A stretch of 64,000 bases of DNA, from assembly GCF_009914755.1 (NCBI RefSeq), contig NC_060929.1. One strand, given 5' to 3'. Below are positions 1 through 13,574 of the stretch, in pieces; the stretch's first letter is position 1; each line of letters starts with the position of its first letter. The notes under the pieces were generated by a model. The model was not told the DNA's origin. It was given only the letters and a program-made list of their open reading frames with translations, and made no database searches. The stretch is from the human T2T-CHM13v2.0 reference genome, Homo sapiens. Both the position numbers and the translations under genes were made by a program.

Positions 1-1049
1 CTCATGCTGCTTTGATCTTGGATGGGTTGCCCAGCTTTGACTCACGCAGAAGAAGTGGTGTGAGAAGAAGAGCCTCAGACTTCACGGGCTCCAGGGAAGT
101 CAGGTGAGTTCAGCACCCGCCCCACCACCCCCAGAGTCCCTATTCCATTACCCAACACTCTCCAACCATCTAAAGGGTCGGATTCCCAGGATAAAAGGAC
201 AGATACTTTGATGAGCCTTTCCTCCCATGGTCGGTGGAAATTTTTGCTAAAACCAAGCTGATCAAAAGTTCACCACAATAGGAAAGAACCAAGATTTCAT
301 GAACTAACTGTCCAGAGGCCCAAATTGCTATCATTAAATGACCCCAAAGCATGTCCCTGGGCTCAGTGGTGAGTGCCCTCCTCTCCCTGCTGGTGTGGCC
401 GGTGGGTGACACTCCACATCCCACCTCCTTCTGAGGGTAATGCCTGAGAAGGAGAGGAACAGGGGCTCTAGTCTGTCGTTTGATTTTTCAGAATCCCTAA
501 GAGTAGCGGAAGAACTGCATATGGAAAGTGCCTGCTGAGAAAATGCAATGACTTCAGGTGTGTTAGAGAATGGCCAGGCTTTCCAAGCAGCCTCCATCAC
601 CCCTCCAAAAGATCCCCAGAGATTCAGTGATTGAACTGAGACCATGAGAGGGCCAGGAAGTGAGGCTTGCTTAGATGCTGGGGGTACTTAAATGCTGGGT
701 TTCTGCCTGCCACGGGGGCAGATGGGATCATGGGGGAATCTGAATACAGAGGGGAGGGGGTGGTGTCTCCATTCTCAGGTGTTTCTGGAGACTCTGCAAG
801 ATGCTGGGACAGGGAGAGCTGAATGGAGCAGGAGGTGTTGACCCTGAGATCCTAGGAGACCTCCCTGGAGCTTGAAGGACCATCATGGGTGGGAAAGTAC
901 AATGACCTACCTCAGTCACAAGGAGTTCCAGGGCCCAGGGCTGCCTCACTGGGCCAGCTGCCCTGGCCTCATGATTATGGTTGGTTTGAGTGTCAGTGCC
1001 ACCGCAGCCAGCTCACTGGGGCCACCGCACCCCAGCCTCACCTGTGAAG

Positions 1050-1195
1050 TGGGGCAGGTTCACCCTGCAGCTGAGAAAGTCTGACCTTCAGGGCTCTTCT
1101 CCTGCAGGATGGCTTCAAAAGCCCCTGTAGCGAATTTGGTAGTTGTGACTTTGTATTTTCCTCATAAAGATGGTCCCCCAAATTGTATAAGGCTA
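1050..1195 (-). mobile_element. MER53-like hAT DNA transposon fragment
   Basis: 'cttcagggctc...ctttgtattttcctcataaagatggtcccccaaattgtataagg' resembles the reverse complement of the recalled MER53 consensus; truncated where the L1 begins. Confidence 0.65.
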
Positions 1196-1214
1196 GAACT
1201 TATTTAACTTGGGT

Positions 1215-2820
1215 TTATTTAACTCAAAATGGATCATAGACTTAAATGTAAAACACTCCTATAAAACTCCTAGAAAATAATGCAGGAGAAAACCTGGGTA
1301 ACCCTGGATTTGAAGGTGACTTTTTCTTTACAACACCAAAAGCACAATCCATAAAAAAAAACTGATGTTTTATTTTATTAAAATTAAAAACTTCTGCTCT
1401 TCAATAGGTGCTGTTCAGAGATGAAACAATTTGCAAAGCATATACCTGATAAAAGACTGGTTCCAAAATATTCAGAGAACTCTCATATTTCAAAAATATG
1501 AAAACAAACAATCCAATTTAGAGATGGACAAAAAATGCTGAACCAACCTTTTACCAAAGAAGACATATAGAAGGCAAATAAGCATATGAGAAGATGCCCA
1601 GTGTCATGTCATTAGAGAACTACAGGTTAAAACAACAATGAGATGCCAGCACACACCCACTGGAATGGCCAAAGTCCAAACCATGGACACCACCAAGTGC
1701 TGACAAAGATATGGCTGAAGGGAATTCTGCACCACGTGAAATAGTACAGCTATTTTGGAAGACAGTGTAGCAGTTCCTTACAAGCTAAATATACTCTTAC
1801 CACAAGATACACACCTTGAAACTCATCCAAATGGTTTGAAAATTTTTGTCTACACAAAAACCTGCATGTGGATGTTTATAGCAGCTTTATTCATAATTGC
1901 CAAAACTTGGAAGCAACCAAGATGTCTTTTTTTTTTTTTTTTTTTTTTTTGAGACAGAGTCTCACCCTGTCACCCAGGCTGGTGGGATCTTAGCTCACTG
2001 CAACCTCCGCCTCCCTGGTTAAAGTGATTCTCCTGCCTCAGCCTCCCTAGTAGCTGGGATTACAGGCACTCACCACCACACCCTGCTAATTTTTGTATTT
2101 TTAGTACAGATGAGATTTCGCCATGTTGGCCAGGCTTGTCTCAAACTCCTGACCTCAAGTGATCCGTCCACCTTGGCTTCTCAAACTTCTGGGATGATAG
2201 ATGTGAGCCGCCACACCTGGCCCAAGACGTCTTTCAGTAGATGAGTGGCTAGACTGTGGCACATCCAGACAGTGAAATATTATTCAGCACTGAAAGAAAT
2301 GAGCTATCAAGCCATACAATGACATGAAAGGACCTTAAATGCTTACTGCTAAGTGAAAGATGCCAATCTGGAAAGGTTGCGTACCGGATGATTCCAGCTA
2401 CACAACATGCTGGGAAAGGTGGAACAATGGAGACGGTGAAAAGGTCAGTGGTTTCCAGGGGTTCTGGGGAGGGAGCAATGGACAAGTGAAGCACAGAGGA
2501 ATTTTAGGGCAGTGAAGCTCCTCCGGATAAGACTGTAATAGTGGATTTACGTCATCGTGCACGTGTCCAAACCCATAGGCTGCACAAGGGCAAGAAGGAA
2601 TCCTCAGTGAGCTGTGAACTTTAGTTAATAGTCATCTGCGGATATTGACTCCCCAATTGTAACAAATATACCAAACTCTTGCAAGATGTTAACAACAGGG
2701 GAACTGGGAGGTGAGGTGGAGGTGCTGGGGGCGGGGGCTCTATGAGAACTTTCTGTGCTTCTCATTCATTTTCCTGTAAACCCAAAACTACTCAAAAAAT
2801 AAAGTCTATTAATTAAAGAA
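1215..2820 (+). mobile_element. Old L1 (L1MC-like) ORF2 3' end plus 3' UTR, interrupted by an Alu
   Basis: 'aactcaaaatggatcatagacttaaatgtaaaac'; ORF 1755-1952 contains TCMWMFIAALFIIAKTWKQPRC, matching the L1 ORF2p C-terminus; L1MC-type 3' end 'aaaaaataaagtctattaa' at ~2795-2812. Confidence 0.9.
1927..2222 (-). mobile_element. AluS (Sx/Sz-like)
   Basis: Poly-T tail at 1927-1950, both arms present, small internal deletion near 1980; TSD ccaagatgtcttt / ccaagacgtcttt. Confidence 0.95.
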
Positions 2821-2858
2821 CAGAACACACACATCTGGGTCTGCCCCCGATTAGGAAG

Positions 2859-3090
2859 TGTGGTAGATTTCAAATAGCCACACACTGTCATGGCCCTTCC
2901 CAGCAAAAGGTGAAGCTTACGTCTCCACTCTCTTAACCAGGGCTGGGCTTTGACCAACAGAAGTGGCAGGCGTGAGGTAGTGTGTGTTCCTAGCCCAGGT
3001 CTCCTGAGGCCTGGCAGCTTCCCTGGTCACCCTCATGGTCCCCTGAGGCCGCCACGTGGCAGAACCCAGTCTCACCCCTTGAATGAATGG
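2859..3090 (+). mobile_element. MLT1F/G/H-like MaLR LTR fragment
   Basis: Starts TGTGGTAGATT; 'ctttgaccaacagaagtggcag...cctagcccaggtctcctgaggcctggcagcttcc' matches the MLT1F-H 5' half. Confidence 0.7.
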
Positions 3091-3097
3091 AGTGAAT

Positions 3098-3484
3098 CCT
3101 GCCTTCGTTTTCTCGGGCTGCCATGATGAAATGCCACAGGCTGTGTGGCTTAAATTACAGAAATGTATTTTCTCATAGTTCTGGAGGCTGGAAGTCTGAG
3201 ATCTGGGTGCCAGTCAGGGTTGGTTTCTGGTGAGGGCTCTTCCTGGTTTGTAGACAGCTGCCTTCCCACCGTGTCCTCACATGGCAGACACAGTGAGAGA
3301 GCTGGTGTCCCTTTCTCTTCTCACAAGGACACATTCCCATCAGATGAGGGCCCTACTGCTAGAAACTCACCTAACCTTAATCACCCCGTGAATGGCCCTA
3401 TCTCCAAGCAGTGTCACATTGGGGGTTAAGGCTTCAACATACAAATTTGGGGGGGCACAATTCGGGCCAGAGAAACCCCATACA
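3098..3484 (-). mobile_element. MLT1A/A0-like MaLR solo LTR
   Basis: 'ggcttaaattacagaaatgtattttctcatagttctggaggctggaagtctgagatc...ggcttcaacatacaaatttggggggg cacaattc' is typical antisense MLT1A. Confidence 0.85.
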
Positions 3485-6400
3485 GTAAGACCACCGTCTC
3501 CCGGCCTCCAAGCCTCCCAGCTTCCCAGAGAAGGCTGCAGACATGTAAGCAATTCCATCTGAGAGCCAGAAGACCCCGCTGGCTGTGGTGGGGTTGACCC
3601 ACAGACCCAGGGCCAGTCACTAAGCCATTGCTGCTTTGCACCTCCATGCCCCAAGGTTGAAGCATGTTCCCGGCCACCTAAACTGGCCCTTGCTCAGCTT
3701 CACTCTCTCTCCTCCCTGAGTGGGAGGTTTGTTTGGGGAACCTGAGATCAACTTATTTCAGCTCCATCTACTCATCTACAGTATCATGGGGGCAGGAACT
3801 CAGCCTCATGTGAATGACGGGCCAATGGGCAGAGCTGACGTTGCCACAGATGGATGAACTCTCTGGGTCAGACCTCATCCCTTCCTGGAACGAGCCCCTG
3901 TATCTGTAACTGATGCTCAGGAAAGCTGATGACCTGCCGGCCAGTTTCCACCCACAGCCTGGCCAGTCTGCTTCTCACATCTTTACAAGCTCAGTGAGGT
4001 TATCCCAGGCACAGGTTCTCTCTCTGCTTCTCCCGTCTGTTTATGAGGTGTGTGTGGTTCCTGAGGGTCGACACTTTGTGTCTGGAATTGGGAGGCACTC
4101 GCTGGCCACATGGAGGTCTTCTCTCCTTCTTCTCTTGGCCCGTAGGAATGCAAGCAACATGCTCCACCCTGGCCCTGTCATGGGTGTCCCCATGTCATTA
4201 TGCACGAGCCCCCACAATAGAATGGGGTGTGGCACCCTGACCCCAGCCTGCAGGCAGGGATGCCAAGCCCTTTACCGGAGAATGAGGGTCGGAGTCCAGA
4301 TTGGGCTCACCCCACAGCCAGGCTTTCCCCCACAACCCTGCTGCTGGCTGGTGTTTCCATGTCGCAGAAAACCTTGCTGTTTTATAGGCAAGCCTTCACA
4401 TTCCATGAGTATCCTACAGGGTCACCTCAAAAAACAGGCTTTCCCTGAAGTGTTTGCCGACATTCAACCAACCTTGAAACTGTTTTAGAATCGAAAATGT
4501 GGGCACTTTTCTAGAGTGGTTTGTGGGGTGATAAATGACCCCTAGAATGACAAGGCATGCCATGGTCAACATTAGTTTCAAAAACGTATTCACATGTTAC
4601 CATATGACCTCCCTGACTGGTGTCAAAATGAAAGGGCATAGCACTGAGGTCAGGACCTAGGACCACGTCCCTTTCCGCTCCAGCCTGCTGCCGTCCAGGA
4701 GTTCTTGTGTGAGACCCGACCGGACGCAGGACGTTCGGCCTCGGACAGAGCCAGGCTGACCAGGGGCTTATTTGCTGCGTGGGGTTGAGCAGACCAGTGG
4801 GCTTGTCAGCCTCTGTGTTCTCCAGGGATAACTGGGGGAGAGAAAACCCACCTCCCAGAATTCTATGGACATTGTTATGATAGCTAACACACCCACTACT
4901 ATTTCTAATGCATAGTTGGTGCTTGGCGAGAGAAAGCTTATGACTGGAATCTTGATAGCCATAGATTTGCAGCTTGGGAGGCTGAAAAGGATCTGAGTTT
5001 AGCCTAACTCCTCACATGACACCGGCACCTCCCTCAGTGCCCATAATGGATTGTTGTTCTGTGGAACTCTTGCAGTACAGCTAGGAAGGTCACAGCTTCT
5101 CCAGTGTGAGCAGGTGCTGGGGCTGAGGAGCTCCGCGGCCATGCAGCTGATGGACACCCATGGCTCAGGAGGCGTCTCAGCCCCTCCTTAGGGTCACCTG
5201 CTCTCCACCCTGCCGCTCTTCCAGATGTTGCAGGGGCTGTAACATCTGGCCAGGAAACACACGTGGATCCCGGTCATCCATTGTTCTGTAGGCTGTGGGG
5301 GGCTGCAGTGAGAGGACATTTGCTGAATGGAGGGCTCTGGAACAAAGAGGGCAGGCCTGAGCAATTGCTGACGGCCCCCACGTTGACAGCATGCTCAGAT
5401 ATCAGTGAGAGGAGGCCGCAGCAGCTCAGCACAGGATGGGCCCATTTGATGCACACCAAGCACATCATCCATTTCTTAATGATTCCGTTTTCTCTAAATT
5501 CTCCCTCTTTGGAGCTCTGTGCTGTTTCCTGCTCCTCCCCACACCCACCAGCTGAGGTTGCAGGCTCTGGGTCCTGCAGTAGGCACCCAGGGAGCACAGC
5601 CCGGCCTGGTGGAACGGCAGCCAACAGCAGCTGCCAGCTCACCATGGGTGGCACACCTGCCTCCATCATTTCCTCTCTCCCTGTCTGCGTTCAGTGGCTT
5701 CCTAGTCACGTGTCTGCAAAACCCCGTCTGCGGCAACGCTGTTTGGGATCGAGGCTGCTCAGCTCACAAAGATGCAGGGACTGCAGCATATGAAGGAAAT
5801 GCACAAAGTCAGGCTGGGTCCATCACGCCTGTGGTCTGGCCCCCGTCTGTCCTGTCTGTCTGTCTGTCTGCTTACCCCCATGGACCTCAACCCGCGTACC
5901 CAGCAAAGGGCATGCAGCTGCCCTGACGTCTGTTTTGTCTGTCCATTCATCATGAGATCCATTTGGCTGCTATTCACTCTTCCAGTCTCTTTTCAGCCAT
6001 CACAATATGTACAGTTTAAAACTTTTTCTTGCGCATGGGAGTTTTCTTTGGGGAGATTTAAAAAATTCTAGGCACTTGGTCTCCGCTGCAGGACATGATG
6101 CTTTCTGGTCCTTAGTTGATCCTTGGCTTTTGGCATCTTGCATTTTCTGGGTCCCTTGGCTCTCAAGTGTGAAGACCAATATTATTTTAATCCAAAAAAA
6201 GCCCCCAGTGCACCCAGGGTTTTTCTCTGACATTGGCCTGGGTGTAGGAAGAATGGTTCAGAGTCAGGCCATAGATGGCACAAGGAGAGAGGAACCAGAT
6301 CCTGTTCTCCTGGCGTTTCTGACCTTGTTAACCGGAGATGCCACGTTGGCGATTAACAGCCTTTGCGACTGGAGGGGGAGGAGGTTTCTAATACAGAACA

Positions 6401-7351
6401 GACACCCTGCCATTCCTTGGTCAGGCTGAGATTTGATGTCTTAATACTTTTCTGGACAAGAACAAGAATTTTATGATTAATGCAAGTTTTACTTCTCAAC
6501 CTTAAGAGAGTGACATCATTCTTATAGTGCAGAGAAAAATGATCCCTGTCTTGGAAAGGGAAGTCTTCCAAAAAGTAAATTACAAAATAGAGAGGACGTC
6601 CACGCTGAGTTCACCTCCAAATCTTCCCGCAAGCTGTACCCAGAGGGGAAATGCTGACAGCCGCCTCTACAACCTTTGATTCTTTAGTTTCTTTTAAAAC
6701 TGCTAAGAAAGCAGGAAAAAAAGGCAGACCTGGGAAGTTGCTGGGCACCGAGGAAACACTGAGGGTGGTGGCCCCCAGGGCCTCTCTGAGTTCCCTCCTC
6801 ATGCCCAAGCTCCTGTTAATGAATCTTGTACAACAAACAGTCAACTTCATTCTTTGCATCCTCCCAATGTTACTAGAATTTCAGAGACATTCCTTTCAGG
6901 ACTCAGGAACACCCTGCACAAAAGGCAGTTTGTAGAGGTGATTTCCGACTGTGCCGATCTCTGTCTGTTGGGGAAGGGTTCAAAGTGCCACAGTTTTGTG
7001 CTGCCATGAAGAAGAAGGCATCCCGCCTCCATCCCTCTGAGTTCAGTGATTGGAACAAAAAGGACCCCAATGTGGTGTTGTGTCTGGGACCCTCTGAAGC
7101 ATCTGACAAGTTTTCAATATTTATACTTATTTCTTTTATCTTAACAGCACACACGAGGTTTCTGGATCAAAGGAAGACTGATGATTGACTTCCGGGATAA
7201 CTGTAATGCCCATACCCCATGCCCCAATCCTGCTGAGACACGGAAGTCACCTGCATGTGCAAAATGGGGTTTGCACTACAGGAGGGGAACCCCAAATTAC
7301 AAATCTCATGCTTCTGTAAGAACTACCGCACTGCTGTGCTGTCTCCAGAGC

Positions 7352-7406
7352 AAAGAAACCCCTGCTTTCTGACATAAAGAAATCCCTCCCTGCTTTCTGA
7401 CATAAA
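7352..7406. repeat. Short tandem duplication (~28-bp period)
   Basis: ccctgctttctgacataaa at 7360-7378 and 7388-7406. Confidence 0.85.
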
Positions 7407-10400
7407 TAAGGACTCTAGGAGTTTAGAATTTAAAAGATTATTCCAGGAGAGATGTGCTTGAAATCTCTCTGGAGTATTTTTTTTTTAACTTTCAAGGATT
7501 GTGTGCCTTTCCTCATCCTTTAACCCAGTTTGCCAGGAAGTTTTGCTCAGAGAACTCCAGCCGCATAGACATGTGACCTCACCCACCTGCTTTCCAACAC
7601 TGTAACTTTGTTGCAAAGAATCCACATTGGTCCATGAAGATGAGACACAGCGGGGTCTTTCCCCTACTTACCTCTAAGATATGCAGATTTAAAAGATGGC
7701 AATCTGTTTCCTGGACTCTACACCTGTTAAGGTCTGCAGAGGGGTGCCCCTTGGGCACACAAACCCCAACTCCAGCCCATCTCATCCCACCTCCAGCCTG
7801 GAGTCCCCCGTCTCATAGAGGGAGACTTGCTGAAGGGCTCCAAGAAATTGGGCCACTCATTTCACCGTGAGGGCATTGCCTGCATGATTTCAGATTAGAA
7901 TTGTCCACGTCCCCCTGAGAGGACTTAGTTTCCCAGTGTTTGTGGTCAGGTTTTCACATAAACACTGTTGTAAGCACACTTGTACAGATAAAGATTTTTT
8001 TTTTTACATAGATCTCAATTCTACACCAGGGGATATGTGGCTAAGTAGAAATGTATATTATTCAAAATTTGGTTAAGATACAAATCTTTTGTTTTGATTA
8101 GACCACTTTTAACGGGTGCTTGTATCAACCCGTCCTGACTCTATGCCTTTCTATGGTCACTATATCCTAATTGTTAAGTTATGTATTTAAGATATGGCTA
8201 ATTATAAAATCTGCTGGGTTTATTTGTTTAAACAGTGATTAGATTCTTGCCTTTATTACTCTAAAATTCTATCTAGAGTACTCTCTATCTAGGTTGGTAC
8301 TGCTGTCAGGTGATAGCTTGTCCAATCTGTCTTTTAGTGATACTGTAGTTAGTTGTAAGCCACTGAATATTATATTGATCCAGTATTCAAAAGTTATCCT
8401 TCTGTGTCATCTTGTATCTATAGATATGACTTTCTATGTTACCAAGTTCCTTCAGATAAAGGGTTATATTTTACTTTAGTTTGCATCCTCAGAAATAATA
8501 AGCATACAAGTGAGAAAAATATATAGAATTAAATGTAAGATTAGAGATCCATTAAGACTTGATAGAAAATTGATAAATTATTGACTTTTAAAATAAACTC
8601 TTTATAATAGAGCAGTAGTATTCATTCAAACTATTAATAACTAACAGAATTAATAAGAATTTTATTATTCAGTGTTGCTATGAAAATACTTTGGATAGCC
8701 ACAAATCCATATCTATAAATAAGGGCATGCGTAATACACACACGTGTGTTTAATGTACATGCTTATTGGTTAACAGGCAGTTAATCTAGATTATTTGCTC
8801 AAATTCCACTTGCAAGAGACTTACCTCTGCACCCATTCTACACTTTCTGTGTCTGATTTCTGGAAGTAACTGGAAGGCGGGGCAGGTTCCTGAGGGTAGC
8901 AGCAGCACTCAGCCCTGCCATCGCTCATGCTTGCTTGGCACGTGCATGGCACAGCATGTCAACCGCACAGCTTACTGTGCAGGCAGGGTCCAGGTGAGCT
9001 GGGCAGGGCCTTCATGGCCTGTTTCTCTAGGTGGTTTTGATTTACAGACTGCTGAGTCTGAACATGCAAACTGGTTTGAGAAACTTAAGAAGCTGCCTGA
9101 ATTTTTGTCCGGGGTCACCCTAAGCTGAACCACATGCGGTTCAGATCAGTTCACGGGTCTCTGTTTTCTCCGTGTGGGTCTTTCTTCTGTGCAGGCTGTG
9201 TGTTTTGGCCGCCTCCTGAAGTGCATATAAACCAACGATGTGTCAGGAGAGAAGCTCTCTCTGCAGCAGGACGTCTGCCCAGAAAAGTTGTGGAGTGTTG
9301 GAAACCTCGCTAGGCCACGGGTTCTTACCCACAGGGGGCTCAGTTTTCAGACACTAGAAGTGATCCGAAAGATGGGCAGCTGCCTGTCAGCTCAGGAGCC
9401 ACCGCGATGGTGCTTGCTCGGCCTCCGTGGTCTCGTGGGGCCACAGGGCCAGCCTGCCGGACTGCCCGGTTTTATTTCCTGTCCTCGAGAACATTTACAG
9501 ACTGGTGACGCAGGCATGTGGCTAGAGAAAAGTCTGCAGGTCCCAATTCGGACTGCAAGCAGACATCTCAGGAAGTTTCTCCATGCAGCCCATCCCAGGT
9601 GACACAGCGTTCACTGTGATTCCACCCGAGCCGCGTCAGCAGTCGGCTGCTGGTGGAATAGGAAAGCACGGGGCTGTAAAGCTAAGTCACGCCGTCTCGG
9701 CTGCAGAGCAGTTTACTGGGTCACACTGAAAAAACTTCATTAGTAGTATAACATGTCAAAATTAGTCACTTAAGAATGTCAACAGCCCCAGAAGCAGAGC
9801 CGAGCGGGCGTCTGGCCATCTGTTCTGTGTGTTGGTCTGTGTTCTCACTGTGGGCTCTGATTTCTGCACCCCTCACCAGATGAGAGCCACCTGCCTTCAT
9901 CAGCCCACTGTCCCCAGGTAGCACAAGTTGGGGATGTCAACAGCTTGCTCCACTGCCAGTGGGGCCCAGGGCTCCAGGCTCAGCAGGGAAGGCAGAGGCA
10001 GCAGCTGGCGTGGCCCGGGAACAACTTCCCTCCCGTCTCTCCCTCTCTTTTGCTGCAGATGTGAGAAGCCGACTGTCTCGCCCTTATTAGCGAAGGCACC
10101 CCAGTGTAGGGAAACGGGCTTCCCCCTTGCGGCCTGGGACGAGGGTCTTCTGTCTATCCTCGACCCCCCCTTCCCCTCCACCCCCAATTCATTCAGGCAC
10201 AGAACCTCACACCTTCCCCTTGAGTGGCCTTGCCTGACACCAGGTACTTTAATTTAAGGTTGGTGTGCAGAGGGAGGAGAGCCAGCACAGCAGTTCTGTG
10301 TTCCTTTTCCTGTCTTGCCGTTGGAGAAAATTTTACTTTCAATTTATCTGAACCAGGAGCATGTCCTGAGCTCCTGATTTTGCATTCATAGGCTGTGTGG

Positions 10401-10825
10401 AAACCCTCAAAATCTGGAACAGGAAGCCCAGATCTCTACCCCCTCAGTCACCAACAGAGTCAAGAAAATCTCCAAAGAGGCAAACCAATCTCAATCACCA
10501 GTTAATATAATTGAGTCAGTAAATTAAGAAACTGGGCCAGAAGCTCCGTGGAGAGTGTGCCTCTGTGTGGAATAATTGGGTTCTCAGCTTCCAGCCATTT
10601 TCATAAACTGGTTTTGATTCTAGAGTTCAACACCCTAGTGGGTTTTAGGAGTTTGGGGGGATTACATACCCAGCAATGACATAAGGCCTATCCGGATTTC
10701 TCCAGAATTAACCTGTTAGCATTTTAATGAGCTCAAGGATGAAGTTATCACAAATGTGAACGTCTTTTCTGGATAGAGGACTGCAAACTCTACAAGTGCT
10801 GCCCAGCTTGCCACATCCCCTCCCT

Positions 10826-10991
10826 CAGGACCCATTCCTCCTTTATTCCTTCCAGAGTCATGATGGTCACCAGCTTCCAGGACCTGCTTCTTCTTCAGTC
10901 CCTCCAGAGAGACATGAGGGTTACCGACTCCTCCAGGACCTGTTCCTCCTTCATTCCATCCGGAGAGATGGCGGTCACCGGCTCTTCCAGG
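10826..10991. repeat. Degenerate tandem repeat, 3 x ~54 bp
   Basis: Units start with caggacc at 10826, 10878 and 10934, each followed by ttcctcctt-like, tcc(a/g)gag and ggt(c/t)acc motifs. Confidence 0.8.
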
Positions 10992-11770
10992 TACTCAGGT
11001 CAAGCCTGGGTGTCATCCTTGTCTCATCTTTCTTGTACCCACTGGCACTGAGGACATGGAAGGCCCTGCCGTCTCTCCCTTCAAATTACCCCAGACCAGC
11101 TCCTTCTCCACACCATCGCCCTGGCCCAAGCCACACCCCCTCTCACCTGGACAACCTCCTGTGGCCTCCGCCCTGGTCCCCTCCTTCCAGTTCACAGCCA
11201 TTCTCAACACAGCGGCAAAGCTCTTGCTCTTCAATCAGAAGGCAAACAGGCTCAACACGATGCCCTCTGGCCCCCTCCTTCTGCTGGACACGTCCCATGG
11301 TCTCTACCTTACTAGGAGACTGACAACTTCTGGCCCTGCCTGAGCCTCCCCTCGCTCTGGGTGCTCCCCTCATCCTTGGCCTTGTTCTCCTTGGCCCAGC
11401 CGCAGTGCCCAGGTTTGCTCCTGGGGTGGCCCAGGCACATGCCCACAGCAGGACCTTTGCACCTGCCCTCCCTGCCTCCCCAGGACCTCACTCTACAGGT
11501 GTCACCATGACTTATTTTCTCACCTCCTTCCACCCTTCACTCAAATGTCACCTCCAATGACCTTCTGCCTTTGACCCCCGTCTCCATGCCACCCCCCTGC
11601 CCTGCCTTCCCACCCCAGCTCTGCCTTCTCTCCCTCCGAGGATCCCGCTGCTGCTTCCGTAAGCGATAGAAGGACAGAGGCCTTTATGCTCCTTCCCTGT
11701 GTGGACCCAGTTCCCTAAACAAGACCCGACTCATAGGATAACGGGCACCCCACACAACATGCTGGAATAG
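10950..11770 (+). mobile_element. L2 LINE 3' region
   Basis: 'cctgggtgtcatccttgtctc', 'tctcacctggac', 'ggacctttgcacctgc' and 'ctcaaatgtcacctcc' are characteristic L2 motifs in the expected order. Confidence 0.75.
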
Positions 11771-13289
11771 ACGCCCGGCTGGAAGGCATGCCTCATGGTG
11801 GACTTCAGCCCCCATCATAGAAAAAACCCTCCTCGGCCAGTAATCTCAGAGCCAAGGAGCAGTCGTGGGGACCTTGTTTCACTGGAGGTCATTTTCCTGT
11901 GACACGGGCAGTGTCAGGACCTAGTTCTTGCCCCTCAGGCCTCTGTGGGCTAAGTAGATTCGTTAACCTTAGGAACTAGAAAGTTCTGCAGAATAGGAGA
12001 GAAAAGCAGTGGGCAAGCCGTGCCTCACCTTCCTTTAGTGCAGGTATCGGAAGCTTTTTATAGCAATGCTCTTTTAAATAAGGCTGCAGGAGATGGCAAG
12101 TTAATTATAGTTTGTGTAATTTAATTGCATTTTATAGAGTTCTAGACGTTCACTGTTGGGACATTCACGTGATTTTCCACTTGCAGATTTCTCTCTGCTC
12201 ATTAATTGTTTATTTATCATTATTCTCACATAGATGTTACTCATTGTATTTTGAATTTTGAAAATGTTACATTTACTATTGAGTTTAATCTCCCCAGACA
12301 TCCTGTCAAATTTTAGAACAGATATGAGACCTCAGGATAGAGTGAAACCCGGCAATGCGGGGACACGGGCGTGAGTGCTGTGCTCAACTGCACAGTTAGG
12401 TCGGCCCTGTCCTGGGCCACAGGGGGAGGAAGGCTGTGCAGAGACTCAGGCTGAGCCGAGCTGCTGGCATGAGATCTGGCCACAGCAATGCCCTTAGACC
12501 AAGCTGTTCCTTGGGGCCAGGGCACAGTGTAGCCCTGTGCTCAGACAGAGAGGGCCACGCCACCGAGTATCATTTTTTCAGGTAACTGGATGGACCAAGA
12601 GACTCCAGGAGACCTGAAGTGTAGGGCAGGGGCTTCTCTGAGGGCCTTCTGGGCAGTCACAGATGTGGTCCTCTCCCCTACAAGTCAGCTCCCTGTGTGT
12701 GGCCCCTGTGTTATAACTGGCATTAGACACCATCCAGTAGAGTTCAGGAGGCCCTGTTCCCCGCCTTCTGGGGCCAAATGTCAGAACAAGAGAGAGACAC
12801 AAAAGCCCAAATGCATCTGAAGGGAGTTAAGTGAAAGTCTGCGTTCAGTGGGGTGATTTGTGAGGCATCTCACCGGGTTCTGGGGGCAGAGCCGAGGGGC
12901 ACGCACAGTCCCCACTGAAGGAGTAGAGAGTCTCATGGGCACGCTGTCATCGCATGGTCACAGCATCAGGTCATGGAGGCTGCAAGGGAGGGGGCCTGTG
13001 ATGCTGGAGTGGGAGTGGGCAGGACTGCCGGCTGCCAGGGAGAACATGGCTGTGTAGGTGAGGCTGGAGCTGGCTAGGCCGGGGCTTCACAGGGGAGACC
13101 CCTGACTCTGGAAACACCGGAACTGGGGCTTGATTGTTCTGCTGTGAATGCCATGCGTGCACATTGTGAGTGTGCAGTGTGGAGCTTGTTAGAGCCGAAA
13201 GTGAAGGACAGCTATTGCCTCACCCTCATTTCCTTGGGCCCATCCCATCCTCTTCTCTCCCAAAAATAGTAATGGAAAAAAAAAGTGCA

Positions 13290-13395
13290 TACTGAAATAG
13301 TGAATACTAGGGGCAGCATTTTATGGTTTTAATTTTTCCATGTGTTTATATTTCTCTGAAAAATTGAGCATTTGTTTTCATCAGAAAAGAAAAAC
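13290..13395 (+). mobile_element. L1ME4-like 3' terminal fragment
   Basis: AT-rich, ending 'gagcatttgttttcatcagaaaagaaaaa' as old L1ME 3' ends do. Confidence 0.4.
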
Positions 13396-13460
13396 ACATG
13401 TACAAAGTCAAATCTTTTCTCAAGGTTTACGAGGGAAGACTAAACCCGACCACGACTGGT

Positions 13461-13546
13461 CCCAGCCTCCCAGCTGGCCCCAAGTCCTGCCTCTCAGGGT
13501 TTCCCCAGCCTCCCAGCCCGCCCCAGGTCCTGCCTCTCCGGGTCTC
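13461..13546. repeat. 43-bp tandem dimer
   Basis: cccagcctcccagctggccccaagtcctgcctctcagggtttc (13461-13503) and cccagcctcccagcccgccccaggtcctgcctctccgggtctc (13504-13546); 5 mismatches. Confidence 0.9.
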
Positions 13547-13574
13547 CCCCAGACAGGGCCCCAGCCCAGGGCGG

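Noticed and set aside
101-109. Perfect splice donors CAG|GTGAGT (101-109) and CAG|GTAAGT (17852-17860)
   Set aside because: Isolated 9-mers with no supportable exon chain; they could belong to a lncRNA, but that needs transcript data
1755-1952. ORF with an L1 ORF2p C-terminal motif
   Set aside because: Decayed L1 remnant that runs into an Alu poly-T tail; not a gene
3913-4488. Longest ORF (191 aa)
   Set aside because: No recognisable domain or coding-like composition; such lengths occur by chance in GC-rich DNA
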